A DNA stretch of 64,000 bases. It comes from a virus (taxonomy: Duplodnaviria > Caudoviricetes). The stretch is taken from positions 96,001 through 160,000 of IMG/VR virus record IMGVR_UViG_3300014208_000002; one strand, given 5' to 3'. This document shows positions 8,702-16,527 of this stretch, in pieces. Each line of letters opens with the position of its first letter. The stretch's first letter is position 1. The notes beneath the pieces were generated by a model. That model saw nothing but the letters and a program-made list of their open reading frames with translations. It did no database searches and was not told the DNA's origin. The position numbers and the translations under genes are program-made.

Positions 8702-9097
8702 TTATTCTATGTCTATAGTAGGAATAATTACTGAGGGTTTGAATATAATCCTATATTGTGCTGTAGAGATATTTCTTGGATGAATTTGTTCAGCAAAATA
8801 CGTTACATTATCAGATAATCCAAGAAAATGCTTTAGATAAGTTCCATCCTCAGTTTTTACTGTAAGCTCCAATTGATTCTCAATTTCATCAGGTTCTATT
8901 GAACAATAGCCTTCAACCACTAAAATATAAGCGCCGGTAATACCATTATAAAATACTACCCTACGAAATACTTCAAACTGATCTGCGGCGGTAGAGATGT
9001 TATAAGAGGCTATTGCCGCATCTGATTGACATTGAGTTGTAGACACTAACATTAGCAAACTTAGAATGACCAAAATAGAAATAATAATCTTCTTCAT
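8702..9097 (-). CDS. Exported/lipoprotein-like phage protein
   Basis: The start MKKIIISIL follows SD AGGAG; signal-peptide-like N-terminus with Cys. Confidence 0.6.
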   Translation of the reverse strand: MKKIIISILVILSLLMLVSTTQCQSDAAIASYNISTAADQFEVFRRVVFYNGITGAYILVVEGYCSIEPDEIENQLELTVKTEDGTYLKHFLGLSDNVTYFAEQIHPRNISTAQYRIIFKPSVIIPTIDIE

Positions 9098-9107
9098 ATT
9101 CTCTCCT

Positions 9108-9326
9108 TTATCCATCTTTGTACTGATGATTTCGATATCTCTTCCAACATCTAAAATCACCTACTTTATCATTTACATAAGTAAAAATTCTTTTTTGGTG
9201 TCTACCATCAAAACCTGAATAACCACATCCAAAATACTCATTATAATTATTTGGAATAATGAGATCTTTAATTTTCCATTCTCGATAAGATAAAAAAGAC
9301 TCCTGAATATCTTCGGCGTAGTACAT
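9108..9326 (-). CDS. Hypothetical protein
   Basis: SD GGAGG before MYYAED. Confidence 0.5.
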   Translation of the reverse strand: MYYAEDIQESFLSYREWKIKDLIIPNNYNEYFGCGYSGFDGRHQKRIFTYVNDKVGDFRCWKRYRNHQYKDG

Positions 9327-9372
9327 TGTGTACCTCCACCTAATGAAACTTCATAGTACCTCCTTATTTTTA

Positions 9373-9445
9373 CGCCCCTGGCCGGTGCCGACCCGACTAT
9401 CTCCGCAGTGACAGTGCGGCGACTCTGCTGTTTGTCTTCAGAGGC
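9373..9445 (-). tRNA. tRNA-Asp(GTC), non-canonical D and T loops
   Basis: CCGCA-CTGTCAC-TGCGG; acceptor GCCTCTG/CAGGGGC with G73; T loop GTCGGCA. Confidence 0.8.
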
Positions 9446-9449
9446 AAAA

Positions 9450-9695
9450 AATAGGCGCTGAAAATCCTAATCTGCCGACTAGGTAAACACTTACTTTTGG
9501 GATAAATCCCTCAGTACGCCGTGTGTTCTTTATTTTTCGGCTCTTTATCTCGTTGACTACCTTACTAGGGCAGAGCCGGGTGGGATTAAATCCTCCCAAT
9601 TTGCAACGCTGGTCATTATCCATCATACCAGATTCGGCGGACTAATTAACCCCTATCCAAATCCGGGGATTCGTTTAACGATACGAATATCGAGT
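9450..9695 (-). ncRNA. Unidentified structured RNA between tRNA-Tyr and tRNA-Asp
   Basis: GC-enriched with no convincing ORF; long-range helix TAGTCCGCCGA/TCGGCAGATTA plus several hairpins. Confidence 0.45.
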
Positions 9696-9698
9696 AAG

Positions 9699-9780
9699 TG
9701 GGTAGAGTAGGACTTGAACCTACGGTGTTTCTATGTGGGGCGTTTACAGCGCCTTGCCTTCGCCACTGGGCTACCTACCC
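9699..9780 (-). tRNA. tRNA-Tyr(GTA)
   Basis: GGCG-CTGTAAA-CGCC; variable arm; A73. Confidence 0.92.
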
Positions 9781-9999
9781 AAGAAAATAGAATCTATAAA
9801 AAGAAGAGTGCTGGTCTTCTCTTTATTTTTGTACTCCAGTCTGATTCAAATGCTGGCCGGTTTTACCCTGTTGTGTTTTTAACAATCAAACACACTTAAA
9901 AACGGGATAGATTACATTAACGCCCCCAACCTCCAAAATGGCGGGTTGAATACAGTAACCAACTGCCGCTTTTTTAGGATAAGCAGTAAATCCAGCTAT

Positions 10000-10072
10000 C
10001 GTCTCCAGTAGGTACTGCCCCTACCTCCACGGATTAACAGTCCGTACCCTCACTATGACGGGCCTTGGAGAC
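10000..10072 (-). tRNA. tRNA-Asn(GTT), non-canonical D and T loops
   Basis: ACGGA-CTGTTAA-TCCGT; GTCTCCA/TGGAGAC with G73; T loop GGCAGTA. Confidence 0.78.
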
Positions 10073-10263
10073 ACTTTCAAAGAACACGAGCGGTTATCAC
10101 CCAAGGTTTCCCCTGGTAGACTCCACATTGACACAGGGGAAACTATGAAGCCCCTGTTTTATGTCAAGTACGCTCTAGCCTCTATGTGCGCTTCTAAAAC
10201 TATAACCTTCTATAGTAAACCTTCTACCGACACGCAGGGTCAGTACGCACTAAGATTTATTTA

Positions 10264-10336
10264 TACGGGCTATAGGGCTTGAACCTATGACCTGAGCCAT
10301 GTAAAGACCCCGCTCTCCCAACTGAGCTAAACCCGC
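10264..10336 (-). tRNA. tRNA-Val(TAC)
   Basis: GGGTC-TTTACAT-GGCTC; canonical D and T arms. Confidence 0.9.
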
Positions 10337-10533
10337 ATAAAAGAGTGGATGGAAGTTTCCTTCCGCCTCCAGATGCCCGATCAAAGAATCCTTCTACGGC
10401 TTTATCCACTCACCAGTTTTTATATATCCTACTGTCATCGAATTGATCGCCTGATAAGGCTACGGAGCGATGAAACTCCTTCACAATTCCAGTAGATGCC
10501 ATTGCCGCAAGACTGGCTACGGTTGGTCTTTTC

Positions 10534-10607
10534 TAACCTCTTTGGGATTTGAACCCAATATGAATAGCTCCTTAAAACTATTCACTTCCCCATCCAGAAT
10601 AAAGGCT
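10534..10607 (-). ncRNA. tRNA-like element with extended anticodon arm
   Basis: AGCCTTT/AGAGGTT acceptor stem; canonical T arm TTGGG-TTCAAAT-CCCAA; 7-9-bp central stem; variable region of 2 nt or less. Confidence 0.55.
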
Positions 10608-10631
10608 GTTCCAAAACTCACTCTATACATT

Positions 10632-10660
10632 ATTATACCTGATCTTCTTCAAGGAGTCAA
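10632..10660 (-). promoter_or_regulatory. Sigma70-like promoter of the RNA cluster
   Basis: TTGACT-17 nt-TATAAT. Confidence 0.75.
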
Positions 10661-10823
10661 GTTTTTATTTCTTCTGTACCAATATTTTTTTCTACATATT
10701 CCCTAAGAAAAAGATTGACAAGTTGATTTAATGTAATGTCCCTTTTGTGGGCTTCAAACATAAGGGAGAAGAGAGCTTCATTTGGCAAGTCAATTTCAAT
10801 CTCTTCCATAATTTTTCTCCAAA

Positions 10824-10894
10824 AGCTCCCTTGGTGAGTCGAACACCAGTCTGAAGATTACAAGTCTACGGTAATACCGTTATACTAAGGGAGC
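10824..10894 (-). tRNA. tRNA-Thr(TGT)
   Basis: GTAGA-CTTGTAA-TCTTC; T loop TTCGACT. Confidence 0.9.
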
Positions 10895-10901
10895 AAATAT
10901 T

Positions 10902-11207
10902 CTAATCTAAAAATAACATTTCCTCTAACCTTTCTTTAGTAAGAAGCCCGATATGCCTTGCTTTCTCTTTTCCTCCTTTGAATACAATAAATGTAGGAAC
11001 CGAAGTTATCTGATACTCATTTTTTAGTAGCGAATTATTTATTGCATCCACCTTAGAGAATAGAACTGAATTATATTCCTTTTCCCATTCCAGCATCAAA
11101 GGTTCCATTTTCTTACACGGCGCACAAGTATGAGAATAAAAATCTACTACTGCTACAGTATCCTTATATATTGTAGTGCTAAATGTCTCATCTGTCAACT
11201 CTAACAT
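10902..11207 (-). CDS. trxA: Thioredoxin
   Basis: VVDFYSHTCAPCKKM (CxxC) and ITSVPT cis-Pro motif. The real start is MLELTDE; the track extension overlaps tRNA-Pro. Confidence 0.9.
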   Translation of the reverse strand: MLELTDETFSTTIYKDTVAVVDFYSHTCAPCKKMEPLMLEWEKEYNSVLFSKVDAINNSLLKNEYQITSVPTFIVFKGGKEKARHIGLLTKERLEEMLFLD

Positions 11208-11221
11208 TGTTTTTTTCTCCT

Positions 11222-11298
11222 TCTGTCTGGTAGGATTTGAACCTACGATGAATACTTGCTCCCAAAGCAAGCGGTTTCGACCTCTCACCCACAGACAG
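11222..11298 (-). tRNA. tRNA-Pro(TGG)
   Basis: CTTGC-TTTGGGA-GCAAG; C1-G72; A73. Confidence 0.9.
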
Positions 11299-11321
11299 TT
11301 ATATCTAAAATACTTAGTAGA

Positions 11322-11753
11322 TTATTTCTTCCAAGGTGGATTAGAAATAGGTGGATTAGAAAATAGATTTTCTTCAGCATAGTCTTTAGAAAATTTCTCT
11401 AACCATTTACGATACTTTATATAGTCCTTCTTTGAGAGAAAGAGATACACACCCTCATTTCTAATTTCCCAAGCATTGAAAGTATTTTGGGTATAGGGAT
11501 TATAATAACAAAGTGTGCTATCCGAAGAAAGTCTAATATATTTATCTTTTAGTTCTACCAAACTTAAAACTATGCCTTGAGCATCTTCAAGAGTTCCATT
11601 TGCCCAAGAATCATTTTTAATTTCAGATAGATGTAAAGTATAAGAAAAATTATTTACTCGGATTTTTACTAATTTGTTAGAAAGAATCCCAACTGCTATA
11701 AATAGCACTATCACAGATATACAAATTATAATATACTTCATATTCGCCTCCAA
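11322..11753 (-). CDS. Hypothetical membrane-anchored protein
   Basis: N-terminal hydrophobic helix. Confidence 0.55.
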   Translation of the reverse strand: MEANMKYIIICISVIVLFIAVGILSNKLVKIRVNNFSYTLHLSEIKNDSWANGTLEDAQGIVLSLVELKDKYIRLSSDSTLCYYNPYTQNTFNAWEIRNEGVYLFLSKKDYIKYRKWLEKFSKDYAEENLFSNPPISNPPWKK

Positions 11754-11761
11754 TAAAATTT

Positions 11762-12430
11762 CTACAACGGAAATTTAGATTCCGTAACAATAACCTTATC
11801 CTTTAGTATCGTCTCTCCTTTCACTAACCAAGATGTTCCAAAAGCATAAAGCATTATTGTCTCAAAAAATACTATAGCTCCATTATCTCCTGAAACAAAT
11901 TTAACATAGATAACATCTAATATGCAACAGGCAAAAATAACTATTCCACAGATACGATATATAAGATTTCTCTTTTCTTTCTCGGATGTCATCGGCTTAT
12001 TCGGTGTCGTTTTTGTAAACAGAAAGAAAGAATTAAAAGCCAAGGTAAGAAAAAATGTTCCTGCGCTAATCAAATGTATCATATTAGAAACTGCTGGATT
12101 CAATTGAAATATGCTAACCTTATCCCAAATTGTCGGGTCAAGCCTACAGGGAAATAATGCTATTCCAACTGCTGAAATAGATAAAATCCAAGACACTGCC
12201 CTATCTATTTTATCATATCCGCCGTAAGTAGACATGAACAAGCCCACACAAACAAGCAACCCAACAAAAAAGTCCCGAACATTAGTATGATAATAAGCAC
12301 TAATTGAGCCTTGAAGTTCTAATCCCCCAAAGAGCATCCCAAAGGCAACACACACTGTTGGTAGGAGTATCCCCAATATTCCAATCATTTTCCGAAGAGT
12401 AAGATAAGAAACTGAATATCTATCACCCAT
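11762..12430 (-). CDS. Multi-pass membrane protein (DUF998-like)
   Basis: About six hydrophobic segments; SISAYYHT motif. Confidence 0.6.
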   Translation of the reverse strand: MGDRYSVSYLTLRKMIGILGILLPTVCVAFGMLFGGLELQGSISAYYHTNVRDFFVGLLVCVGLFMSTYGGYDKIDRAVSWILSISAVGIALFPCRLDPTIWDKVSIFQLNPAVSNMIHLISAGTFFLTLAFNSFFLFTKTTPNKPMTSEKEKRNLIYRICGIVIFACCILDVIYVKFVSGDNGAIVFFETIMLYAFGTSWLVKGETILKDKVIVTESKFPL

Positions 12431-12448
12431 AACTTTCTCCTATTTAAT

Positions 12449-12685
12449 TTACTTGATATATTTATTTAATACTCTTGTAAGCTCTTCAGCGGTTTGAATT
12501 CGCTCGCTGAAAAGAATACTTCTGTCTTCTCTCACTGAACAAAAAACATCTGTATATTCATTATAGTATTCTATTTTTATAATAGTAGGTCCATTCAACA
12601 GCGTAATAAATTTTCCATCATTACCAATAGATTCTACGGAAAATCTATCATACGGAATTGCCCCGAGAAAATCTTCTAATAACAT
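12449..12685 (-). CDS. Hypothetical protein
   Basis: 78-aa ORF in operon. Confidence 0.45.
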   Translation of the reverse strand: MLLEDFLGAIPYDRFSVESIGNDGKFITLLNGPTIIKIEYYNEYTDVFCSVREDRSILFSERIQTAEELTRVLNKYIK

Positions 12686-13010
12686 AATACTTTTTACCTC
12701 ATAAATTCTTTTATTCTATATTTAGTTTAAAAACAACATAAAAAATAAGCTCTGCAAAAACACTAATAGCAATTCCACCTACAAATATTAAAATATACAC
12801 TAAAAACATATTTTTCTCCTCTTGAAAGAATTAGCTTTTGATAAAACCAAAAGCTATTTTCTAAAAAGCCAATGAAAAAAAGAAAAAATGAGAGTTATAG
12901 TGAATAAAAATCCTTGAGTTATTACAAAGTAAAACCCAAACCAATTAAGCCAGTCCCATGTACTTGTGTCCATAGTATTTTAGTAGGCAAAATAGAAAAA
13001 TCTTTACTTT

Positions 13011-13334
13011 CTATTCTTCGTCTTCTTTCCTTTCTCTGCTTATGTCATAACTACAGTCAATAAAAATTAACTCACATGCAGGAGGGAGATTAAAATAAAA
13101 AGATTGCCCCGATAATTCTACTGAAAATTCAGTAGAAGTTTTTGTCCCTGCTTCTTTTATCAAGTGAACAAACTCTTTAGCACCTTCCTCTGTTTTAAAA
13201 AAGAATTCTCTTCCAATATCTACAGACTTACCCTCTTTATCATAATAGCAAATGTCTAATGTTACCCTATAAAAAATTACTTTCGTAAACACTTTAATTT
13301 CTTCTGTTCCTTTTACTTTTCCAAAAATACCCAT
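13011..13334 (-). CDS. Hypothetical protein
   Basis: SD GGAGG; 107 aa. Confidence 0.55.
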   Translation of the reverse strand: MGIFGKVKGTEEIKVFTKVIFYRVTLDICYYDKEGKSVDIGREFFFKTEEGAKEFVHLIKEAGTKTSTEFSVELSGQSFYFNLPPACELIFIDCSYDISRERKEDEE

Positions 13335-13362
13335 CTTATTCCTCCTTAAAATTAAATCCTTA

Positions 13363-13447
13363 AAACCGGGACGGGACTTGAACCCGCATAGGTAAATACC
13401 CTTTACTGTTTTGCAGACAGCCTCCTAGCCAATTCGGACACCCGGTT
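13363..13447 (-). tRNA. tRNA-Cys(GCA) with long variable arm
   Basis: GCTGT-CTGCAAA-ACAGT; U73; 17-nt variable region. Confidence 0.88.
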
Positions 13448-13814
13448 ATGATTCGCCCCTTAATGCTTCAAGAATTCTTTTAACTTCCTCTAACTCTTTT
13501 TCTTTACCGGAATAATAACGCTCTAATAGAACCTTTTTTCTTTCTAATTCTCTGGTTTTAATTTTTATTATAGTTTCTTCCACCCTATCTGTTTGATCTA
13601 CGATTTCAGATATCTCTGCACTTAAAATAACCAACTTTGCAGTAGGAATATCAGGATACATATTTTTCCATCGAGTAATTTGAGAAAGAGCTTGTCCCTT
13701 CTTAATCCAAATTTTACCTTTTTCAAGTTCATCTACCCAATGCTTTCCACCCCCACCATAACCAGTAGAGCGAAGATATTTTCCGTCAGCGGATTGAACC
13801 ATATATAGAAACAT
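13446..13814 (-). CDS. Hypothetical protein
   Basis: SD AGGAG; 122 aa with C-terminal coiled coil. Confidence 0.55.
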   Translation of the reverse strand: MFLYMVQSADGKYLRSTGYGGGGKHWVDELEKGKIWIKKGQALSQITRWKNMYPDIPTAKLVILSAEISEIVDQTDRVEETIIKIKTRELERKKVLLERYYSGKEKELEEVKRILEALRGES

Positions 13815-13941
13815 ATTTATTCTCCTTTTATTTTCCTAAAGACCGTCGCCGATAAAAGTCCCATCGGTAATCACCCTCGGCAAGGCCCCTTGGGAAAAAT
13901 CATCATAACATACCTCCTTTATTTTTTAATTTCTGAAAAAG

Positions 13942-14019
13942 AGCGGATAGTGGGATTTGAACCCACGATGATATCCTACTTGGAAGGCAGGTGCAATCGA
14001 CCAACTATGCGATATCCGC
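13942..14019 (-). tRNA. tRNA-Gly(TCC)
   Basis: CCTGC-CTTCCAA-GTAGG; U73. Confidence 0.92.
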
Positions 14020-14028
14020 ATGAAAACT

Positions 14029-14100
14029 TGGGGAGGGGTGGACTCGAACCACCGAAGACGGATTTTCAGTCCGTTGCTTTACCTGTTAGGCTACATCCCC
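14029..14100 (-). tRNA. tRNA-Phe(GAA)
   Basis: ACGGA-CTGAAAA-TCCGT. Confidence 0.93.
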
Positions 14101-14118
14101 ATTTACTTTTATGAACCT

Positions 14119-14191
14119 TGCGAGGTCGAGGAGTTGAACCTCGGACATCCACCTTATCAGAGTGGCGCTCTACCAACTGAGCTAACCTCGC
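14119..14191 (-). tRNA. tRNA-Ile(GAT)
   Basis: CCACT-CTGATAA-GGTGG. Confidence 0.93.
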
Positions 14192-14198
14192 ATAAAAA

Positions 14199-14370
14199 GG
14201 AAGCATAGCACGCTGAGGTCAATTGCTTTCGCAATTTTCTATGGGATATTAAAGGGTCATGACTCCCTTCATAATTTTCCCTTCCCAATCTCACTACATA
14301 TGGTGTCTAGAACATAGTAGATTATTGACTGCTCAATCGTCCAAACTTAACTGGACGAGTCTATGCTTCC
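14199..14370 (-). ncRNA. Unidentified multi-stem RNA (172 nt)
   Basis: Perfect 10-bp closing stem GGAAGCATAG/CTATGCTTCC enclosing four hairpins, one with a GAAA tetraloop. Confidence 0.55.
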
Positions 14371-14450
14371 ATTTATTTTAGTAGTCATTATTCCCTCATG
14401 TTCACGGTGTTCATGCAACCGTGAACAGGGGGAATTTCGTGAACAATTAC

Positions 14451-14978
14451 CTACCGAGAAACATTCAGCTTCGGAACATTCAAAGGAAGTGGCGAATCAG
14501 AATAAATGTAACTTGCCCCTGCCCCTGCCCATTCTACTGCTATCCCCTCTGCGGTAAAGAAACGAATTCCAGGATTATTGTCTCCATAGGTTCCATCAAT
14601 ATCGGGAGCGGAAATTACTTCATAAGTAGCAGACAGTTCACTTCCATTCGTTGAATAAAGCTTTGTGTATGCTTCCTCCGGCATAAGATACGACCGAGTG
14701 CTTGCGGGCTTTCCATCTGCTACATAATATCCAATAATGTTTCCAAAGGAAATCAAATAGACATAAGTAACAATCGACGGCTTATCCCAACGCTCTGCCC
14801 ACTTTGCGATAGTGCGCTTTTCCTGAAAATAGGAAACTTCAGGAATAGGAACTATTGTCGCCGCCCTTTCTGCCATTGCACTCTGAGCTTTCTGTGCAAC
14901 TTGCCTAGCATTATCCGCTACCTCACAAGAGGAAAAAATTACAGAAAACAAAATCGCAAGAAAAATAAAACGCTTCAT
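14451..14978 (-). CDS. Putative lipoprotein
   Basis: Lipobox-like FSSC after a hydrophobic signal. Confidence 0.65.
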   Translation of the reverse strand: MKRFIFLAILFSVIFSSCEVADNARQVAQKAQSAMAERAATIVPIPEVSYFQEKRTIAKWAERWDKPSIVTYVYLISFGNIIGYYVADGKPASTRSYLMPEEAYTKLYSTNGSELSATYEVISAPDIDGTYGDNNPGIRFFTAEGIAVEWAGAGASYIYSDSPLPLNVPKLNVSR

Positions 14979-14982
14979 TTAG

Positions 14983-15360
14983 TTACTCCCTTCCGAGTTC
15001 AATTTGATAAGGAAGGTCATCTGCCTTCCACAAGTTCCGAGTAATCATCCTAGACTTAGAATTATACTCGGCAATAGCCCGATTAAGAACCATTGACATT
15101 CCAGGACGCTCGGACGCATCAGGAGGAAGAACCTCTATATTTGCCTCCTGTGCCTGAATCTGATTGTACTGGTCATAGAACCATTCATAGTTCTGAATGA
15201 CCGCCTTTGCATTTACCGTCTTCGTTATGAGCGAAAACGGAAAAATGTTTGCGAAGAAACTGATGACAAGATAGACAGCAACGATACCGAGAAAAATCCC
15301 AATACCCTTTGTCCACTTCTTACCAACTTCTTCCTCCAGCAAATCCCGAAACTCTCCCAT
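14983..15360 (-). CDS. Membrane-anchored protein
   Basis: Single TM helix; 4 nt from the lipoprotein gene. Confidence 0.6.
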   Translation of the reverse strand: MGEFRDLLEEEVGKKWTKGIGIFLGIVAVYLVISFFANIFPFSLITKTVNAKAVIQNYEWFYDQYNQIQAQEANIEVLPPDASERPGMSMVLNRAIAEYNSKSRMITRNLWKADDLPYQIELGRE

Positions 15361-15694
15361 TTACTGAGCCTCCTTATGCGTTTCCTGAAACCAACGAATT
15401 GATACATCAATAGTCTGCGCTACCTGTGAACGCATTCCTTCTCCACCTTTAAGAAGTAACGCTGAATGAATTTCTTGAGTAAACTTATCTATAAGTTCTT
15501 GATAGGTATAATCAGCAAGTTCTTTCATTTAACACTCCTTAACGCTTTCTTGAGAACAAAGCGATTGACTATTATCTCTCTACTCGGATTTGAGAGAGTG
15601 ATAGTTACTTCATCCCAACGACCACCTTTAGAAATTGTTATACTATTTTCGTAATCTGAGTTATTTGAATCATAAATAGCATCTATTAAAGTTT

Positions 15695-16216
15695 TCATTT
15701 TACTTTTCCTTTATGACAATTATACCATCCCCAGCAATCATCTCTATTCTTCTTGGCACACTCGGAAAGAGAGCCGCCCAAGTTTAGAAAATCTTTACAA
15801 GGCCCATGGTCTTTTAACCACTCACCAATCTTTGATCCCTGCTCGAAGTGTTGCAAGGGACAGTGAAGATCATAGATAGGAAGAGGAGACTTTCCTTTCT
15901 TCCATTCAGAATAGGAAACGCCGCCTTGGGAAAACTTAATTTCTCTGCTTGGATTTTCTTCATCCGCTTCAGTAGTAACATCTTCATCCGTAATACACAT
16001 TCCAGCGGAAGTTTTATAAACTCTCTTTACGCCTTTCTTATTTTTTCGTTCGATGAATTTAGTATAAGTATGCTTGATATGCTCTTTGCCTGTGCCTTTA
16101 CAAGTATAGCATATTACTGCCGCCTTACCTTTTTCGGCAAATCCTTGATAAAGTCCAGTACCACCACAGGAAGTACATTCTACATCGGCTTCCCAAATAA
16201 TCTTTTCCTTCGGCAT
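15695..16216 (-). CDS. Protein with a DnaJ-type Zn finger
   Basis: CTSCGGTG and CYTCKGTG repeats. Confidence 0.6.
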   Translation of the reverse strand: MPKEKIIWEADVECTSCGGTGLYQGFAEKGKAAVICYTCKGTGKEHIKHTYTKFIERKNKKGVKRVYKTSAGMCITDEDVTTEADEENPSREIKFSQGGVSYSEWKKGKSPLPIYDLHCPLQHFEQGSKIGEWLKDHGPCKDFLNLGGSLSECAKKNRDDCWGWYNCHKGKVK

Positions 16217-16226
16217 TTTAATCCTC

Positions 16227-16406
16227 CTAATTCTTTAAGCCATAGTATACAAGACCACAACTAGGACAAACGTTGAGTTCATCGGTCACAACGGTTATTC
16301 TTCTTACTGCATCAGAAGCATAATCATCACCATAATTTGAACAAACTTCAGTTACAATTTTAATTATCTTAAACTCCCCTACAAAATTACAGGATTTACA
16401 AATCAT
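16227..16406 (-). CDS. Small Zn-ribbon protein
   Basis: SD GGAGG; CKSC...CPSC. Confidence 0.45.
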   Translation of the reverse strand: MICKSCNFVGEFKIIKIVTEVCSNYGDDYASDAVRRITVVTDELNVCPSCGLVYYGLKN

Positions 16407-16431
16407 TTTAATCCTCCTTATATTCAAAAAA

Positions 16432-16514
16432 TGGCACTGATGGGAATCGAACCCATACGCTCATAGAGCGAGACATTTTAAGTGTCTTGTGGCTACCAAT
16501 TACACCACAGTGCC
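16432..16514 (-). tRNA. tRNA-Leu(TAA)
   Basis: AGACA-CTTAAAA-TGTCT; variable arm. Confidence 0.93.
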
Positions 16515-16527
16515 AAGAAAATATTTT

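Noticed and set aside
9450-9695. RNase P RNA or tmRNA
   Set aside because: No GAGGAAAGUCC, no terminal CR-V placement, no tmRNA acceptor or T arm, and no tag reading frame
10225-10250. HDV-like/theta ribozyme 3' of tRNA-Val (GAC-CCTGCGT-GTC resembles P3/L3)
   Set aside because: No matching P1 strands and no catalytic C in a J4/2 segment; the similar motif at 14208-14222 also lacks P1.1, P4 and P2
10450-10480. Hammerhead ribozyme (CTGATAAG..GAAAC on the + strand)
   Set aside because: The core is CUGAUAA rather than CUGANGA, and stems I and III could not be built
11336-11366. 15-nt tandem duplication GGTGGATTAGAAATA
   Set aside because: Only two copies, in frame at a gene end (SNPPI-SNPPW); a simple slippage duplication
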